This document shows positions 16,497-20,000 of a stretch of DNA of 20,000 bases, piece by piece (the first letter of the stretch is position 1; each line of letters opens with the position of its first letter). The stretch lies in the IMG/VR virus record IMGVR_UViG_3300009378_000006. One strand, 5' to 3'. The notes under the pieces were generated by a model. The model was not told the origin of the DNA and searched no databases. It worked only from the letters and a program-made list of their open reading frames with translations. This stretch comes from an uncultured virus (IMG/VR IMGVR_UViG_3300009378_000006) (lineage: Duplodnaviria > Heunggongvirae > Uroviricota > Caudoviricetes). A program made the position numbers and the translations under genes.

Positions 16497-17032
16497 GGCC
16501 CCTCCTCGGCCTTCTCCGGCTCGGGCAGGTCGAGGTGCTTGCGTGCCCCTCCCAGCGTGGTGATGCCCGTCGGCACCTGGGACAGCACGGCGTTCTTGAC
16601 GCTGAGCACCCACAGGCCGTTGCGCCACCGCACGGGGATGGAGATGAGCCAGGTGCCCTCGCACTCCGGCGTCTTCAGCCTGGCGAAGAAGGCCGTCTTG
16701 TCCAGGATGCCGTCCTTGGTGTAGTAGTCCAGGCGCTCTCCAGCGCCCTGACCCTCGTGGTCGAAGATGGTGGCGTTGGCGTAGTGCCCACGACCCGCAC
16801 GCTCGGGCGTCAGCACCAGCAGGTGGATGGTGTGCGGCTCCGGCCGCGGCTTCGGGGGCTCCTTGGGCTTGGGCGCCGGCTCGGCGGGCGGCTCCAGCAG
16901 GCTCTCCAGGTGCTCCACTCGCTGCTGGAGACCACCCAGGGCCTCGGCGGTGTTCTGGGCTGCGAGGTCCAGGCGCCCCTGCATCTGGTCGAGCTGGTCC
17001 TGCATCTTCTTCAGGGCTGCGTAGTCGGTCAT
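16493..17032 (-). CDS. Hypothetical protein with N-terminal coiled coil and Pro-rich linker
   Basis: GAGGAG RBS; high GC3. Confidence 0.8.
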   Translation of the reverse strand: MTDYAALKKMQDQLDQMQGRLDLAAQNTAEALGGLQQRVEHLESLLEPPAEPAPKPKEPPKPRPEPHTIHLLVLTPERAGRGHYANATIFDHEGQGAGERLDYYTKDGILDKTAFFARLKTPECEGTWLISIPVRWRNGLWVLSVKNAVLSQVPTGITTLGGARKHLDLPEPEKAEEGP

Positions 17033-17051
17033 CGATTCTCTCCTCTGTTCG

Positions 17052-17423
17052 TTATGGGTTGCTCTCGATCTCGTCCATGACGCTTCTCAGGCGTCGCTCC
17101 TGTTCATGGGTGAGACAGACCATCGTGCGCACGGTCGGGTAGGACCGCTGCTCGAGCCCCACGTGGGGAGGCACCACCACGAACAGCAGGTCGCTGCCAT
17201 CCCAGTAGTGCCAGTGCATCAGCGCCACGCTTCGAGTCCGCCACAGGGTCGTGTCCACCATCTCCAGTACGTCGACAGCCACGTCCGGGCGCACTCGACA
17301 GGTGCGTCCCAACACGTAGCTCACCACGTACCCACGGGTATGCCCTGGATGCGCCAGGTCGCTTCGTTCCAGCCACCGCTCCCACGCATGGTGAGAGCAC
17401 TGCAGGTCCAGCAGCTCCTCCAA
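17052..17423 (-). CDS. Hypothetical protein (123 aa)
   Basis: TTG start after AAAGGAGG, just downstream of promoter copy 3. Confidence 0.65.
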   Translation of the reverse strand: MEELLDLQCSHHAWERWLERSDLAHPGHTRGYVVSYVLGRTCRVRPDVAVDVLEMVDTTLWRTRSVALMHWHYWDGSDLLFVVVPPHVGLEQRSYPTVRTMVCLTHEQERRLRSVMDEIESNP

Positions 17424-17454
17424 AGCTCAGGCCTCCTTTCACAAGCGGTTCATC

Positions 17455-17483
17455 CTCTTATACCCACAGGCCGACGGTCCTTG
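17455..17483 (-). promoter_or_regulatory. Putative phage-specific promoter, copy 3 (CAAG-N18-ATAAGAG)
   Basis: Motif match upstream of the RBS of the first gene of an operon. Confidence 0.65.
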
Positions 17484-17540
17484 GCAGGAGCCCAGAGATC
17501 GTGTAGATCCGATCACAACACCAACCCGAGAGGAGTTCAG

Positions 17541-17765
17541 ATGCCCCTACCCGAGACCCTGGTACACAACCTGGAAGGTGAGGACCTCTACGCCCTGGAA
17601 GAGGCAGTGGAGAAGTTCTTGAAGGCCCACGATGAGCGCTACCACGGTGGGCACTGCCAGCACCACATCCAGGTCCTGAGCTCGCCCATCGTCATCTCCC
17701 CCGAGGGGCGCTACCAGATGCTGCTCATCTACAGGACGGATGACGACAGCCTGACCCCCACCTAG
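17541..17765 (+). CDS. Hypothetical protein (74 aa)
   Basis: MPLPETLVHNLEGEDL... after GAGGAG. Confidence 0.7.
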   Translation: MPLPETLVHNLEGEDLYALEEAVEKFLKAHDERYHGGHCQHHIQVLSSPIVISPEGRYQMLLIYRTDDDSLTPT

Positions 17766-18235
17766 ACCCCAGCCACCACACCCAAAATCCCCATACCGCT
17801 TCAGGCCGCAAGACCACAAAGGCACCTCGGCGCAAAGCACAGATGGTCCTGGCATGGGTGTTACCCCTAGTAGTACAGGGAACTAGCAGGAAGACAGGGC
17901 CAGCCGTGCCGTGCAGGGCCCTCCCCACGTGCAGCCCCCCAGTCCGCCACAGGGCTCAACAGGGGCAGTTGGTCTTTTACAGCCCAGGGGGAACATCAAC
18001 CCAACAACCAACAAGTTGGAGTTGGACGTGGTAGTCCATAGGGGGCTCACAGCCCATGGGAGCACCATCCAGGGCGCCAATCACATGCACTCTGGATGTG
18101 CGTATGCTCATGCAGCTATCGAAAGGGGCACTTGGTCGAAACAGGGGGGACCCCCGGGTATGACAAATTTGGTGGGGTGGGGGCACCCAACAAAATTTTT
18201 TTGGTTCTCCCTGGGGACCAACAGCCGGGAGTTGG
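17766..18235. repeat. Non-coding region with short repeats and an AT-rich imperfect palindrome
   Basis: Eight CAGGG on the plus strand; CCAAC/GTTGG nested inverted repeats at 18001-18025; inverted repeat 18165-18179/18184-18198. Confidence 0.5.
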
Positions 18236-18269
18236 CTCGTGTGCGCAGCTGGGAGTTCGGGGGTAAAAG

Positions 18270-18454
18270 AGAGAGGAGGGGCGGCCGGTGCGCGCACAGT
18301 CCGGCGCGCCGGGGGCGGCACGGGACCGACAGTCCTCCTCCCTCCCGCAGTGAGGCACGCTGGCCCGGCGGCACTCGCGTACCCACGGGCTCAGCTACAC
18401 CCTCACCACTTGCGGGAGCGACCCGCCAGTTGGAGCCGGTAAGCGACCCGGCTC
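18270..18454. other. GC-rich multi-hairpin non-coding segment
   Basis: Stems GAGGAGG/CCTCCTC, CTCCCGCA/TGCGGGAG, GTGAGG/CCTCAC and GAGCCGG/CCGGCTC. Confidence 0.4.
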
Positions 18455-19244
18455 AGTGCCTCGAGCCCAGCCGCCCGTTCTGGCAGCGGGGGCAGGGGAT
18501 CGTGGTCCCCTCCCAGGCGTTGGGGCTGAGGTCCGGCACCGTCTCGTCCCCCTTGCACAGGGAGCAGACCGGCTTCTCCTTGGCCTGGGGGACCAGGGTC
18601 ACCACCGCGGGCAGGCAGCTGCACTCGCCCACCGTGTCCCGGCCCATGCCCACCTCGCCGCTGCCCTCGCAGATGCGGCAGCCCACGTCCGGCGCCAGCT
18701 CCTCGAGGTCCCCGACGCCCGTGATGGCCCACACCGCCCGGACCAGCCGCTCGTAGTTCAGCTGCGGCTTGTCGGTGAGGACCATGGAGGTGGTGCGGTG
18801 GTCGGTCTTGGACCGCAGCAACAGCCGCAGGTCCGGATCCACCGTGGCCTCCAGGACGGGGCCCGACGTGCCGAACATGCCGTCCTGGATGATGCCCACC
18901 TCGAAGGCCGCGCTGCCGGTGAAGCTGCCCGTGTAGTCCTCCCCGCGGTCGTCCACGTAGGACTGCGGGAGGTCGTTCAGCAACGCGCGCATCGCCAGCA
19001 GGAACCGCCCGACGCTCTCCTGGACGTGGACGACCAGCACCTGGACGTAGGTGCCGTCGCGCTCCTCGGTCCCCAGCAGGAAGGAGCGGTTCCCCCGGCG
19101 CGCCAGGATGGCCTCGTCGGAGATGTCGACGGCCGTGCCGTCATCAGGGCTGTCCTCGTACAGCTCGACCCTCTTCTCAGCCTTGAGCTGCTCGAAGGTG
19201 TTCTGCGCGCGGGACTCGAACGAACCAATCGTTTCCAGAGCCAT
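18453..19244 (-). CDS. Hypothetical protein with C-terminal DnaJ-like CxxCxGxG Zn-finger motifs (263 aa)
   Basis: Start MALETIGSF (19244) after AAGGGAG; CRICEGSG, CSC, CSLCKGD, CPRCQNG. Confidence 0.8.
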   Translation of the reverse strand: MALETIGSFESRAQNTFEQLKAEKRVELYEDSPDDGTAVDISDEAILARRGNRSFLLGTEERDGTYVQVLVVHVQESVGRFLLAMRALLNDLPQSYVDDRGEDYTGSFTGSAAFEVGIIQDGMFGTSGPVLEATVDPDLRLLLRSKTDHRTTSMVLTDKPQLNYERLVRAVWAITGVGDLEELAPDVGCRICEGSGEVGMGRDTVGECSCLPAVVTLVPQAKEKPVCSLCKGDETVPDLSPNAWEGTTIPCPRCQNGRLGSRH

Positions 19245-19309
19245 CTGGCTCTCCCTTGTGCCCCCTGGTTGTAGCCAGAGCATGGGGGCGTGTACTTCTC
19301 TGGCTACAA

Positions 19310-19339
19310 CTCTTATCCCCGCGACAGTCTGTCGTTTTG
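19310..19339 (-). promoter_or_regulatory. Putative phage-specific promoter, copy 4 (CAAA-N19-ATAAGAG), with the operator palindrome in its spacer
   Basis: Motif match; CGACAGACTGTCG lies inside the spacer. Confidence 0.7.
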
Positions 19340-19810
19340 CAGATTTCGGGGTAAGAGACGCCGACACCGATGAGGTGCCGACGCTCCTGCCGGAGGACTA
19401 TTGCTGCTGGCGGCCCAACGACAAACCGCAGGGACGGCCGGCTCGCGTCGCGTCGCGCCGCGGCTGAAGTAGCCACGGACACGCCGGCTCTTGCGCCTGG
19501 GGACCGCAAGCAGTCCCTTCCGCCCAGCCAGCTCTGGACCCGGGGCTCCGGCCATCGGGAGGTCCCGCAGGCCTACCTGACCACCCCAGCACCGTCCAAC
19601 CTCGAGTCCGCGGTTCCTGAGTCCGGACACTCCAGCGTCGCTGCCTGGTCGCGAGAGTACGCGAGGTCCATCCGGATCCTGCCCCAACGGGCTGACCGCT
19701 CGCTGTGCGGCCCATCCCACCGTGGGGCCTCCATCCCTACCCCCTTCCTGGTGCCGACGGCGCACGCCATGAAGGCGGCCGACAGCTACTCGTGGGTAGG
19801 CGTCCTACCT

Positions 19811-19840
19811 CTCTTATGGCAGGGGACCCAACAGAATTTG
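19811..19840 (-). promoter_or_regulatory. Putative phage-specific promoter, copy 5 (CAAA-N19-ATAAGAG)
   Basis: Motif match; no convincing gene in the following 450 nt. Confidence 0.6.
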
Positions 19841-20000
19841 TTGGCTAAACAAAGCGGCCCGGGGGCCGCAGTGTTTGCTCCCCCCCGTCCCTCGGGGGAC
19901 AATCCTGCCAGCCGACGAAGGGGGGGAGCGAGCCCCGTCGGCGTCGTCGCCCCGTTACGCGAACCCTGACCAGGCGGTGGCGTTCTACCTGGGCCGAGGG

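Noticed and set aside
17481..17509. Possible sigma70 promoter TTGGCA-N17-TAGATC for the 17541 gene
   Set aside because: The -10 lacks the conserved final T; too weak to call
17766..18260. CRISPR array
   Set aside because: Repeats are only 5-14 nt and irregularly spaced; no cas genes
17911..18756. 281-aa plus-strand ORF across the non-coding tract
   Set aside because: Lacks the codon bias of real genes and overlaps the minus-strand gene
19370..19969. 199-aa plus-strand ORF and overlapping minus-strand ORFs
   Set aside because: R/P/A/S-rich, no RBS, no GC3 bias; treated as non-coding
1..20000. Alternative genetic code (stop-codon reassignment)
   Set aside because: Genes tile densely under the standard code, with TGA, TAG and TAA all acting as stops

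Overview
GC-rich, tightly packed, bacteriophage-like DNA. A large phage of a Gram-negative host is my inference from the muramidase endolysin and a type IV pilin-type leader; no capsid, terminase or integrase gene is in the window. Layout: (i) 1-6956, a minus-strand operon of about 14 mostly hypothetical genes, many with CxxC motifs, headed by a MoxR/CbbQ-like AAA+ ATPase; (ii) 7183-13429, a plus-strand block behind a sigma70-like promoter, with a PG-binding + N-acetylmuramidase endolysin, membrane proteins, a secreted/lipoprotein, a GT2 glycosyltransferase and two small ORFs missed by the ORF track; (iii) 13507-17423, minus-strand genes including an apparently decapitated Ser/Thr-kinase C-terminal region and a prepilin-leader protein; (iv) 17766-20000, largely non-coding DNA around one Zn-finger gene. 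The most striking signal is non-coding. A bipartite promoter-like motif, CAA[AG]-N18/19-ATAAGA[GA], occurs five times, always intergenic and on the minus strand. A palindromic operator-like site (CGACAGwCTGTCG) accompanies some copies. Several copies precede structured RNA-like segments, notably a ~225-nt element (14813-15040) with a 29-bp stem and anti-Shine-Dalgarno-like loops. All family assignments come from motif recognition by eye, not from database searches.
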